Assembly: GCA_053919585.1 (NCBI GenBank)
Contig: CM132790.1
Reading direction: 5' to 3' (one strand)
From: Euprymna scolopes
Lineage: Eukaryota
Length of the DNA: 64,000 nt
This document shows, piece after piece, positions 38,629 through 51,573 of the stretch (its first letter is position 1; every line of letters starts with the position of its first letter). The translations under genes were made by a program, and so were the position numbers. The notes below the pieces were generated by a model that did no database searches, was not told the DNA's origin, and worked only from the letters and a program-made list of their open reading frames with translations.

Positions 38629-39771
38629 GGTTAGTTTCACATAGTGCTAAGATACCTGGGAAATTTGCTAGGAGAAATGATTCTACATAGTTTAAGTTTA
38701 AATAATTTCAACTGTTACCCTGAAAAAATACTGAATCAATATGCACAGTTAAATGTTTTAGGTTATTGCTTTCATAAAATTACTTAGTATTTTGTACCAT
38801 CTTCAAATATAATAAAAGTGAAGTGATTATATGCAAGAGAATGTTGGAGCAAACTTCAGAAATAATTAAATTTTAATATTTGTTAAAATTTGTGTTTAAT
38901 TTTAAAAAAAGGTAATGTAGTAATATTCATTCTGACGTGACAGATTTGTTTTGACAATTAGGAATTTACATTGAAATTGAAGAAATAATGCACACTTGCA
39001 TCGTTGACTTATTGTGTCAAAATAATAAAGAGTCATATAGGTAGGGACTCTTGCATGCCACACATTTTAAAGCCTTTTACCTGTATTTTTTGTTCAAAAG
39101 GAGACACAAAAAATCCAGGCAGTGCTGTTTTAATCTCAAAATGTAAGCGACTCCAGTTGATGGAGAGTGATAGTTCTGGGCCAGATAGTGGTTAGATATT
39201 TCAAATGGGAAAATCAGGATTTGAAAGAAAAATATTTCAATCACTTGGGCTTAAATATGATACTCCGTTCTCTCCCTCCCTCTTTCTATCTTTCTCTATC
39301 TCGGTCGTGTTTTGCCTAAAAGTGAAGAATTGTAAATTAGTTAGCGTTTAGATGCACCTCGTGATGGTGTGGTCACTAGCTAAGCACAAAGTTCGAGCTC
39401 AGAGTAAATAATCGTTCTTACATGCTTAAAAAAATTTCTAAATATATAAGAAAATGTATGTTGCTCATTTTATATAGCATTTGATGATAGAAGATTTGGC
39501 ATTTTAGAAATAACGAAAACAGAGACCTCAGAAAAATCCCAACAAAACGCAGGTGGCATAATGTAAATGATTTTGATTAAAGATGATGTGCTTATCAACT
39601 TTAAGTAATAAATGTAGGGAGCTGGGCGTAACATCAGTAGAAATATCAAGAACATACCAAGCTTACCCTCCAGCAGCAAACTATCGAGTTATATTGGGTT
39701 GATAATACTCTGCATTTTAAATCCAACACAATGAGGGATTTGTGTTTAATAAATGAAACGTTATTACTCAC

Positions 39772-39976
39772 TTGTTTCTTTGATACAAAGTTTAACAGAA
39801 GTTTTCACTTCAACAGGAAACTGAGGATTTCTAGGAATAATTGTAATTCTCAGTACTGTTTCATCTGTACCAGCTGGAATGTTGACAGGTTTGTTATAAT
39901 TTGCTGTGACCTTAGTTGGTGTAGGTATTAATCTTGCTGGAGTAGTTTCTGCCAGAGGTACACCTGTAGTCACTTT
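39772..39976 (-). CDS. Module exon 2 (205 nt), cassette copy 1
   Basis: ttctacAG acceptor and GTGAG donor, phase 0-1. Reads KVTTGVPLAETTP...VLRITIIPRNPQFPVEVKTSVKLCIKET. Confidence 0.92.
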
Positions 39977-40218
39977 CTGTAGAAAACACAGTAATAATGT
40001 ACAATTATAAGAAGTCAATATAAAATATAAAGTAAAACACAGGTGACGATGTAAAATAGCGTTTACTTTCGGTTTCAATCAGCCAAGTGAAATACACGTT
40101 TGACGTGACATTGAGTAAACTAAAAAACAATAAGGTAACAGAATTTTTCATGCCATACTTGCGTTAAACTAAGAACGTAATAAATGTGCTATGTACGTTA
40201 GGAGATGTAAAAATTTAC

Positions 40219-40463
40219 CTGTGTAGTTGTCAGAAATTCAACAAGGTATTTTTGAACATTATCTGTATCGATAAGCTGAATTACACCGCCACCTGTCATC
40301 GAATCTCCAACCGTGATTGTGACCACTCTGTCTTGTTGTGTATATGTTAACCATCCAGGACCACTTGGTCTGATGTCTCCGGGATTTCCACTCGGTTCCA
40401 ATGTAATAGCACTATCAGGCAATACAACATCATCATCCATCCCTTCCAAAAGTGTACACGTCA
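40219..40463 (-). CDS. Module exon 1 (245 nt), cassette copy 1
   Basis: ttcctcatAG acceptor and CAG|GTAAAT donor, phase 1-0. Reads TCTLLEGMDDDVVLPDSAIT...GPGW...NVQKYLVEFLTTTQ. Confidence 0.92.
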
Positions 40464-41361
40464 CTATGAGGAAAGAGTTAAGCAAAAATTAAAATCGTCA
40501 AAAGCTGGTAGTTTTGTCAATTTGTCTGTTGAGAATTTTGACTTGGAACATGCACATTGAGAAAAATAGATAAGAGAAACTTGAAAAAATGCCGTATAAG
40601 CTGTGAGAATATATTTGATTATATCAACAAGTATATACTTTTGATTTAATTTAGTGAACTTATAACAAACGGAAAAAACTTTTCTAAAATTGCAAAGTTA
40701 GGTCCTTTTAGACTTTATGAAAATAACATATATTTGTGCTTTAGTGGCCAACACAGATAAATTATGAGCTAAAAAAAGAAATAGATGTTTATGCCTAGAA
40801 AATAGAGATGTATGTGTGCAGAAATATATTATTTAAAATATATATATATGGTTGTTGTGTGGTTGTATTACGTTTGGTATATTCAAAAAAAAAATATATT
40901 GAAATGTAAATTATATTAGTTTAATATATACATGGTTTATCAATAAACACAGTTTGAAGTGTAAAGTTATTGCTCTCAGGAATTTCATTAGTATCTTTAT
41001 ATTACCCTCAAATATAAAAATCTGCTGTGATATATGCTAGGGTATATTTAAGAAAATTTCAATATAATAATATTTAAATATTCATCTAATTTAGTGTTCA
41101 ATTTTTGTAAGATAAACATAGTTATTTCCAGTTCTACATAGCAACAAGCATATTCTTTTGATTTAATTTAGTGAAATTATTAAAAAAATGAAGATTAATT
41201 TCTAAAATTGCAAAGTTAGATCCTTTTAGAGTTTATGAAAGTAACATATACTTTTGCATCAGTGGCAAAAACAGGTAAATTATAGGCTAAAAACGAAATA
41301 GATGTTTATGCATATAAACAGAGAGACATGTGTGTAGAGACATAGGGATTGAAATATATAC

Positions 41362-41487
41362 CTGGAGGTTGTGTTGTTACCGTAGGAGATGGTGGTGGAA
41401 CACCTGCAGTTGTCGTTGTGGCACCTGGTGCTGGTGTTGACCTTGCTGGTACTGATGTAGTTACACCTGGTCCTGGTGTTGATATAG
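41362..41487 (-). CDS. 126-nt PTS mini-exon (3 x 42 bp)
   Basis: ttttcAG|CT...CCAG|GTATAT, phase 1-1. Reads ISTPGPGVTTSVPARSTPAPGATTTTAGVPPPSPTVTTQPP. Confidence 0.88.
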
Positions 41488-42324
41488 CTGAAAAATATTT
41501 TTATATTAAGCATATTAACAGTGATTCTTATTAGAAAAGTCAATTGACGGCTTACGCAGAAGTCATCTTAACAAGAAATTGAAACTCAGAGAAACTTGTA
41601 ATTCGTGTCTCATGACTAAAAAAGAATTCAAATGCAGGTGTAGAATACATCAATTTACAAATTGAAGGCTGAGCTACTTGTGTCTGTATACTGTCTTAAA
41701 ATACTCCTAAATAAAATGAAATTTTTCAAACATTTATTATTGATGTCTAATTCTTATTGTTAAAATCTGACAAAAATCACAGATATCCACATTTAAACAA
41801 TGACATCCTTGCCTTTTTTTTCTTTTTTTTTTTGCTTTACACAAAATTCGATTGAACTAACGGTTAAATTCATTGCAGAAACTTATGACTTGCAAATTTT
41901 TTCAAATTATATAATGATTAATTTCTTAATAACGATTCATGGAAAATGCACAAATTTACACAGATGTATGCATATGTAAATATTAATATCTATGCATATG
42001 AGAATCCATGAGATTTTTGAAATTCAACTTATAAATAGCGCAAAGGTATTTAGTTTGGTATATTCAAAAAATATAAATATAACACTGAAATGTAACTTAA
42101 TGAGTTTAATATATACATGGTTTATCAATATACACAGTTTGAAGTGTAAAGTAATTGCTCTTGGGAATTTCATTAGTATCTTTATATTACCCTCAAATAA
42201 AAAAATCTGCTGTGGTATATGCTAGGGAATATTGAAGAAAATTTACAAAATAATTACATTTAAATATTCATCTAATTTAGTGTTCAATTTTTGTAAGATA
42301 AACATAGTTATTTGAAATATATAC

Positions 42325-42492
42325 CTGGTGGTTGTGTGGTTGCACCAGGAGGTGGCGTTGTGAAAACTGGAAGTTTTATTGTTGACATAGGAGTTGGCAT
42401 TGGGATACCTCCAGATGTCGTTGTTGCACCTGGTGCTGGTGTTGACCTTGCTGGTACTGATGTAGTTACACCTGGTCCTTGTGTTGATATAG
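42325..42492 (-). CDS. 168-nt PTS mini-exon (4 x 42 bp)
   Basis: tttgcAG acceptor and CCAG|GTATAT donor, phase 1-1, open frame. Confidence 0.88.
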
Positions 42493-44513
42493 CTGCAAAA
42501 TATTTTTATATTAAGCATATTAACAGTGATTCTTATTAGAAAAGTCAATTGACGGCTTATGCTGAAGTCATCTTAACAAGAAATTGAACCTTAGAGAAAC
42601 TTGTAATTAGTGTCTCATGACTAAAAAAGAAATCAAATGCAGGTGTAGAATATATGAATTTACAAAGTGAAGGTATAGTTACATGTATCTGTATACTTTC
42701 TTAAAATACTCCTAAATAAAATTAAATTTGGCAAACATTTATTATTGATGTCTAATCATTATTGTTAAATCTGAAAAAAACTGAAATTTGGAAAATATTT
42801 ATTATTGATGTCTAATCCTTATTATTAAAATCTGACAAAAATCACAGATATCTACATTTAAACAATAACATCCTTGCATTTCTTTTTTGCTTTACATACA
42901 ATTCGATTGGACTAACGGTTAAATTCATTACAGAAACTTATGCCTTGCAACTTGTTTCATATTATATAATGATTAATTTCTTAATAACGATTCATGGAAA
43001 ATGCACAAATGTACACAGATGTAAGCATATGTAAATATCAATATCTATGCATATGAGAATCCATGAGATTTTGGAAATTCAACTTATAAATAGTGCAACA
43101 AACAGCAAAATCCCACCCCCACATTATAAAGACTCCTAGATGCCGGAACGCCTTCTACTCAAATAGCTGCTTTCAAACTGCTAGACTTATTTCCCTCCCA
43201 GGCCCCTGCTTCCCTGGCTCTATTGATATGTAGAAGTTCAAGTGTAATGTGAATAGATATTTTGCTACCCAACTCCCTACACTGTGTCCGTGCAAATTTC
43301 GTCCCAAATAGTAGCCCCTTACGTCTTAGTGGTACTGTGCATATTTGGGGTGAAAAATCAGATAAAAAAGGTTAGTTTCACATAGTGCTAAGATACCTGG
43401 GAAATTTGCTAGGAGAAATGATTCTACATAGTTTAAGTTTAAATAATTTCAACTGTTACCCTGAAAAAATACTGAATCAATATGCACAGTTAAATGTTTT
43501 AGGTTATTGCTTTCATAAAACTAATTAGTATTTTGTACCATCTTCAAATATAATAAAAGTGAAGTGATTATATGCAAGAGAATGTTGGAGCAAACTTCAG
43601 AAATAATTAAATTTTAATATTTGTAAAAATTTGCGTTTAATTTAAAAAAAAAGTTAATGTAGTAATATTCATTCTGACGTGACAGATTTGTTTTGACAAT
43701 TAGGAATTTACATTGAAACTGAAGAAATAATGCACACTTGCATCGTTGACTTATTGTGTCAAAATAATAAAGAGTCATATAGGTAGGGACTCTTGCATGC
43801 CACACATTTTAAAGCCTTTTACCTGTATTTTTTGTTCAAAAGGAGACACAAAAAATCCAGGCAGTGCTGTTTTAATCTCAAAATGTAAGCGACTCCAGTT
43901 GACGGAGAGTGATAGTTCTGGGCCAGATAGTGGTTAGAAATTTCAAATGGGAAAATCAGGATTTGAAAGAAAAATATTTCAATCACTTGGGCTTAAATAT
44001 GATACTCCGTTCTCTCCCTCCCTCTTTATATCTTTCTCTATCTCGGTCGTGTTTTGCCTAAAAGTGAAGAATTGTAAATTAGTTAGCGTTTAGATGCACC
44101 TCGTGATGGTGTGGTCACTAGCTAAGCACAAAGTTCGAGCTCAGAGTAAATAATCGTTCTTACATGCTTAAAAATTTTTCTAAATATATAAGAAAATGTA
44201 TGTTGCTCATTTTATATAGCATTTGATGACAGAAGATTTGGCATTCCAGAAATAACGAAAACAGAGACCTCAGAAAAATCCCAACAAAACGCAGGTGGCA
44301 TAATGTAAATGATTTTGATTAAAGATGATGTGCCTATCAACTTTAAGTAATAAATGTAGGGAGCTGGGCGTAACATCAGTAGAAATATCAAGAACATACC
44401 AAGCTTACCCTCCAGCAGCAAACTATCGGGTTATATTGGGCTGATAATACTCTGCATTTTAAATCCAACACAATGAGGGATTTGTGTTTAATAAAGGAAA
44501 CGTTATTACTCAC

Positions 44514-44718
44514 TTGTTTCTTTGATACAAAGTTTAACAGAAGTTTTCACTTCAACAGGAAACTGAGGATTTCTAGGAATAATTGTAATTCTCAGTACTG
44601 TTTCATCTGTACCAGCTGGAATGTTGACAGGTTTGTTATAATTTGCTGTGACCTTAGTTGGTGTAGGTATTAATCTTGCTGGAGTAGTTTCTGCCAGAGG
44701 TACACCTGTAGTCACTTT
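44514..44718 (-). CDS. Module exon 2, cassette copy 2
   Basis: Same boundaries and 205-nt length as copy 1. Confidence 0.9.
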
Positions 44719-44960
44719 CTGTAGAAAACACAGTAATAATGTACAATTATAAGAAGTCAATATAAAATATAAAGTAAAACACAGGTGACGATGTAAAATA
44801 GCGTTTACTTTCGGTTTCAATCAGCCAAGTGAAATACACGTTTGACGTGACATTGAGTAAACTAAAAAACAATAGGGTAACAGAATTTTTCATGCCATAC
44901 TTGCGTTAAACTAAGAACGTAATAAATGTGCTATGTACGTTAGGAGATGTAAAAATTTAC

Positions 44961-45205
44961 CTGTGTAGTTGTCAGAAATTCAACAAGGTATTTTTGAACA
45001 TTATCTGTATCGATAAGCTGAATTACACCGCCACCTGTCATCGAATCTCCAACCGTGATTGTGACCACTCTGTCTTGTTGTGTATATGTTAACCATCCAG
45101 GACCACTTGGTCTGATGTCTCCGGGATTTCCACTCGGTTCCAATGTAATAGCACTATCAGGCAATACAATATCATCATCCATCCCTTCCAAAAGTGTACA
45201 CGTCA
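44961..45205 (-). CDS. Module exon 1, cassette copy 2
   Basis: Same boundaries and 245-nt length; one V>I difference from copy 1. Confidence 0.9.
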
Positions 45206-46106
45206 CTATGAGGAAAGAGTTAAGCAAAAATTAAAATCGTCAAAAGCTGGTAGTTTTGTCAATTTGTCTGTTGAGAATTTGGACTTGGAACATGCACATT
45301 GAGAAAAATAGATAAGAGAAACTTGAAAAATGCCGTATAAGCTGTGAGAATATATTTGATTATATCAACAAGTATATACTTTTGATTTAATTTAGTGAAC
45401 TTATTACAAACTGAAAAATTTTTCTAAAATTGCAAAGTTAGGTCCTTTTAGACTTTATGAAAATAACATATATTTGTGCTTTAGTGGCCAACACAGATAA
45501 ATTATGAGCTAAAAAAAGAAATAGATGTTTATGCCTAGAAAATAGAGATGTATGTGTGCAGAAATATATTATTCAAAATATATATATGGTGGTTGTGCGG
45601 TTGTATTAAGTTTGGTATATTCAAAAAAATAAAAATATAATATTGAAATGTAAATTATATGAGTTTAATATATACATGGTTTATCAATATACACAGTTTG
45701 AAGTGAAAAGTTATTGCTCTCAGGAATTTCATTAGTATCTTTATATTACCCTCAAATATAAAAATCTGCTGTGATATATGCTAGGGTATATTTAAGAAAA
45801 TTTCAAAATAATTACATTTAAATATTCATCTAATTTAGTGTTCAATTTTTGTAAGATAAACATAGTTATTTCCAGTTCTACATAGCAACTAGCATATTCT
45901 TTTGATTTAATTTAGTGAAATTATTAATAAAAATGAAGATTAATTTCTAAAATTGCAAATTTAGATCCTTTTAGAGTTTATGAAAGTGACATATACTTTA
46001 GCATCAGTGGCAAAAACAGATAAATTATAGGCTAAAAACGAAATAGATGTTTATGCATATAAACAGAGAGACATGTGTGTAGAGACATAGGAATTGGAAT
46101 ATATAC

Positions 46107-46232
46107 CTGGTGGTTGTGTTGTTACCGTAGGAGATGGTGGTGGAACACCTGCAGTTGTCGTTGTGGCACCTGGTGCTGGTGTTGACCTTGCTGGTACTGA
46201 TGTAGTTACACCTGGTCCTGGTGTTGATATAG
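46107..46232 (-). CDS. 126-nt PTS mini-exon
   Basis: AG/GT boundaries, phase 1-1. Confidence 0.87.
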
Positions 46233-47344
46233 CTGCAAAATATTTTTATATTAAGCATATTAACAGTGATTCTTATTAGAAAAGTCAATTGACGGCTTAT
46301 GCTGAAGTCATCTTAACAAGAAATTGAACCTTAGAGAAACTTGTAATTAGTGTCTCATGACTAAAAAAGAAATCAAATGCAGGTGTAGAATATATGAATT
46401 TACAAAGTGAAGGTATAGTTACATGTATCTGTATACTTTCTTAAAATACTCCTAAATAAAATTAAATTTGGCAAACATTTATTATTGATGTCTAATCATT
46501 ATTGTTAAATCTGAAAAAAAAAACTGAAATTTGGAAAATATTTATTATTGATGTCTAATCCTTATTGGTAAAATCTGACAAAAATCACAGATATCCAAAT
46601 TTAAACAATGACATCCTTGCCTTTTCTTTTGTGCTTTACACAAAATTCGATTGAACTAACGGTTAAATTCATTGCAGAAACTTATGACTTGAAACTTATT
46701 TCAAATTATATAATGACTAATTTCTTAATAACGATTCATGGAAAATGCACAAATGTACACAGATGTATGCATATGTAAATATCAATATCTATGCATATGA
46801 GAATCCATGAGATTTTGGAAATTCAACTTATAAATACTGCAAAAGTTTAAAGTTCGTTATATTAAAAAAAATATAACACTGAAATGTAAATTAATGTGTT
46901 TAATATATATATATGGTTTATCAATATACACAGTTTGAAATTAAAAGCTGTTGCTCTGAGGAATTTCATTAGTATCTTTATATTACCCTCAAATATAAAA
47001 ATCTGCTGTGATATATCCTAGGGAATATTGAAGAAAATTAAAAAAAATATATATATTTAAATATTCATCTAATGTTGTGTTAAATTTTTATAAGATAAAC
47101 GTAGTTATTTTCACTTCTATATAGCAACAAGCATATTCTTTTGATTTAATTTAGTGAAATTATCCAAAAAATGAAGATAAATTTCTAAAATTGCAAAGTT
47201 AGATCCTTTTAGATTTTATGAAATTAACGTATGCTTTGGCTTCCGTGGCAAAAACAGGTAAATTATAGGCTAGAAACGAAATAGATGTTTATGCATATAA
47301 ACAGAGAGAAATGTGTGCAGAAACATAGGAATTGAAATATATAC

Positions 47345-47512
47345 CTGGTGGTTGTGTGGTTGCACCAGGAGCTGGCGTTGTGAAAACTGGAGGTTTTATT
47401 GTTGACATAGAAGGTGGCGTTGGCATACCTTCAGCTGTCGTTGTGGCACCTGGTGCTGGTGTTGACCTTGCTGGTACTGATGTAGTTACACCTGGTCCTG
47501 GTGTTGATATAG
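47345..47512 (-). CDS. 168-nt PTS mini-exon
   Basis: AG/GT boundaries, phase 1-1. Reads ISTPGPGVTTSVPARSTPAPGATTTAEGMPTPPSMSTIKPPVFTTPAPGATTQPP. Confidence 0.87.
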
Positions 47513-48186
47513 CTGAAAAATTTTTTATATTAAGCATATTAACAGTTATTCTTATTAGAAAAGTCAATTAATAGCTTATGCTGAACACTATCTAAGAACA
47601 CTGCCGAATACATAAAGTGAATTTGTGTGAAATTTCATAAAAATCGATCCAGACACAGATAAAGTTGATTTTATATAATAGTAGAGAAACATATATTTTA
47701 TATATGTGACAATATTCAAGTAAATTAATTTTTGTTATATAAAATGCTTCTTTAATAATTACTAACGGTATCTTTATGGTGTTGTCCGAGATTTAGTTGC
47801 ATTATTTTAACTTTTAGTTTGTTTGCAAATATCTAAATTGGAAGTAAACAGATTCTATTTAATTTTTCAATTTTAGAAAATACTTTTTCCGTTTCTTAAT
47901 TCATATTTGCTATTGATAAGCTAACATTTTATATAATCATTTGTATGATCTGTATAAGTAAGTTTTCAAATAGCTATGTACGTTATTTTATTGCCCCGGA
48001 CATGAAAAACAATAAGCATGAAAATTATCAATGAAAAGGTAAGTCAACATTTGCTTCATAAATTATAGTCGAGTCTGACTTTAAAAATCCGACAATGCAA
48101 CTTTATATGTTGGATAAACCCAGAATGATTAAATTGAATCATCACATCTGCAAAAATCATTTGGATGGGAAATTAACATGGTTAAC

Positions 48187-49878
48187 TGTTGTAGGGGCTT
48201 ATCTGTTGGTCAATAATGGACTCTTCCTACTATAAAGACTGGGAGAATGTGCCTCTTGACGTTATAAACAACTGTTGTAGTGTACGCCTTATGGAGAAAA
48301 ATAAACTCTTATTATAAAGACCGGAATATTAAACCTTTCAGTATTATGCACAAGTCATGCACACTTGGTAATCAGGCTGCTGATTACAAAAGTTTGAAAT
48401 CTTTGCTTTTCCTATCAAAGTCGCACCAACAATTTTCCAGCAAGTTATGGACACTTTGTTGGAGGAACTTCATTTTTACGATCGCTTACTGACATGAAAT
48501 CTTAATAAATAGTAAAAGTATTGAAACGCTGGAAACATGCCCAAAGTGTGTTTTCACAAATATGGGACTATGGGCTCAAAATAAAAATAAGAAGAATGTG
48601 ATTTCTTCATGAAAGAACTCAAATATCTGGGTCATATCATAGATAAAGACGACAGGTGGCCAGATTCTGAATGGACCACTACAATTAAAGAGATGTCATC
48701 TATTAAAAGGTTACGTCTATGAAGAGTTTCCTGAGATTAGAAAATTATTACCAAGCATTTATTGCACACAGTTCTCCATCTTTTACTGAAAAACTTTATA
48801 AAAATAAGGTTTGGAAATTGACACTCATTGTTCAAGAATACATGTGAACTTTGATGGACCGTAAGAAGAGTTCTGCTATCTTATTATAGTAGATAGTTAC
48901 ATAAAATTGCTAGAATGATTTAGATGTATGGAAAACATTACATAGGAAATGATAAACCTCTGGCATGAATTGTTGGTCTGATTTGGGGTTTGATCAATGA
49001 TTGATAACAGAACTCAATTAACGTTGACTGATTTTGAAGTGCTGTGTAACAATTTCCAAATAAAACACATTAGCACCTCTCTGTACCATCCCTGTTAAAA
49101 CGGCCAGGCAAAGCGTTTTGATCGACACCCTAAAAAAACTCCTAAAACATTGCGGCACGCCTAGAGAAAAGGCCTTAAAGCAATTTTTATGAGTGTATAG
49201 GATGATACTAAGCACAAAGATAAATCTTCATTATATCCAGCAGAATTGGTGTTTGCTCGAAAAATGAAGATCAGTATTTTAAAAAATTGCTGCCTAAACA
49301 AAGCATGGGCGAACATCTAAAGTACCAAAGAATCAGTACATTCCAGGTGAAAAGATGTTTTTTTAAGATATGTAAAACAATACATTCTTTTGAGTATATG
49401 TTACTATAGAAAAGAATATCGGAAATATAGTCTACATAATCTGAGGCTCTCAGTAATCAAATTAGAAAGCAGCTCTTAGATGAAACTTACAGTACGTTAC
49501 AGGAACATGTAGCAATAGATGCCATTTATGACACCTTAGACCTGGAAATATTTAAAACAGCCCCAGAAGAGCAACACTCCTAAAGAAAAACAAAAGTTGT
49601 TAGACCTTATCAGGATCAACCCAAAGAGAAAATGATACCGAGACTCCTGCAAAGTTAAGGTCTGGGAGGGAGGTTGTTGTAGTGCTCATCTTACAAATAA
49701 TAATGAATGCTTCCTATTACTTACCTTACAGCGTTATGCACAAAGTACGCATACATGGCAGTTGGACTGATGTATAACCATTCTTTTTATTTGTTTTATT
49801 TATTTTCCTGTTCAGTATATTTTGTTTCAAGTAAATCTAAAATTGTGTCTTTCTTTATGACCCTTCTTGTGTACAACA
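48187..49878 (+). mobile_element. Duplicated copy of the Gypsy relic
   Basis: Near-identical to 35227-36933 including its flanks. Confidence 0.8.
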
Positions 49879-50236
49879 ATAACTGAATATGTTATGCTTA
49901 ATCTTATGTCAAAGAGAATATCAGTATGTCACTGAAATGCAATGGGTAAACTTAGTCGCGATTGCTATATAATATGATAAATTAAAGTAAATAATATTAT
50001 GTTTGGCATATGATAACGATGAAAAGATAATTTTTTATTAGTATCGAACATTATTATGCAGCAAATACAATGTTTAAACGGAATTCTTCTATGGACATGC
50101 ATAGAAAAGCATACAAATATACACAGACATATGCATATTTAAATATCAACATCTATGCATATACAAATATATGAGAATTTGGAAATACAAGATATATACT
50201 GCAAAACCTTCAAACTTTTTTTATTTTTCAAATAAC

Positions 50237-51573
50237 TTTTTTTATACTGCTTTTTCACCCTAAACGAGGCACAATACCACTTGGGCCTAACGGGCTACTA
50301 TGTAGGATCAAATTTGCAATGATACTAAATAGGGAGTTGAGCAGCAGAATGTCTGTTCATATTACATTTGAACTTCTGCATGTCATTACAGTCAGGATAG
50401 CAGGAACTCGAGAGGGAATTTCCAAATATAACCGTTTGGGAAAAGAAATTATTTGAGTAGAAGGCTTTTTAGCATCTATGAATGTTTATAGTTTAAGAGT
50501 GGGATTTTTCTGCTTGTTGGGTTAGTCAAGAGTATTTACATCGATTGCTAAATATGCTTGCAGTTTGCCAGAGCATTTTCTATTAAAATACTTGTAAAAT
50601 ATGCACATGGAGGCAATATTGAGGCAGTGGGACAGAGGTTAGAATTTGGTTGACAGTGCAGGACCTATTAGGTTGGCGACTCTATTTTGAACCCTGTATA
50701 GGAGTGAGAAAATAGTAGCAGATTAACTATCCCAGATGTGACAACAATACTCCATGCATAAGCGAATGGTGGCCTTGTAGAAGTACAGGATACTCTCGGA
50801 CATGAGTAATTTTCTAGCATGATAGAGAGAGCTCATCTTCTTCCCAGCAGCTTGGCAATGCCCTCAATATATGTGCTCTAATTCATGTTCCCTGTGAACA
50901 TTTAACCAAGGAATTTGAATGAAAAGATTTCAGGTAGCGCATCATTAGTCATGGCTATAAGTGGCTGAAAAGATTTCTTGTAATTATTAAAGGAAATAAG
51001 CTTAGTCTTAGCAGCATTGAATGTTACCATCCATTTATGACTTTGGTCCACCACAGACTGGATGGCTTCCTCTTAAGTTTCAGCCATTTCCTTAGATATG
51101 TGTACATTTGTTTTCCCGTCATGTCTGTTACAGAGCATGGTGTCATCAGCAAATATGGAAATCTCAGAGAAATATGGCATCCCTGTGCCTGTTTTACAAG
51201 TACTTTAATGGAAAGTGTTCAGACAGACTCAAATTACTGGGTCTCCTCAGCATAAATGCCTGCGACAAACCCAACTGGAAATTCAACTTATAAATAGTGC
51301 AACAAACAGCAAAATCCCACCCCAACATTGTAAAGATTCCTAGATGCCAGAACTCCTTCTACTCAAATAGCTTCTTTCAAACTGCTAGACTTATTTCCCT
51401 CCCAGGCCCCTGCTTCCATGACTCTATTGATATGTAGAAGTTCAAGTGTAATGTGAATAGACATTTCGCTACCCAACTCCCTACAGTGTGTCCGTGCAAA
51501 TTTCGTCCCAAATAGTAGCCCCTTATGTCTTAGTGGTACTGTGCATATTTGGGGTGAAAAATCAGATAAAAAA
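50237..51573. mobile_element. Duplicated copy of the head-to-head CR1 pair
   Basis: Near-identical to 37292-38628. Confidence 0.8.

Larger units (their letters stand above)
34630..43098. repeat. Tandem segmental duplication unit 1 (Gypsy relic, CR1 pair, module exons, two PTS exons)
   Basis: Sequence from tatctaagaacactgccg recurs at ~47589 and ~58207. The same spurious ORFs repeat in each copy. Confidence 0.92.
43099..47588. repeat. Tandem segmental duplication unit 2 (short; begins inside the CR1 3' fragment)
   Basis: Offset of 4,742 bp from unit 1, for example ORFs 39004/43746 and 40198/44940. Confidence 0.92.

Noticed and set aside
39004-39679. ORFs conserved four times (MTYCVK..., MLLEGKLG...)
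   Set aside because: Recurrence reflects the recent segmental duplication. They are intronic and have no protein motifs or exon-like boundaries I could support.
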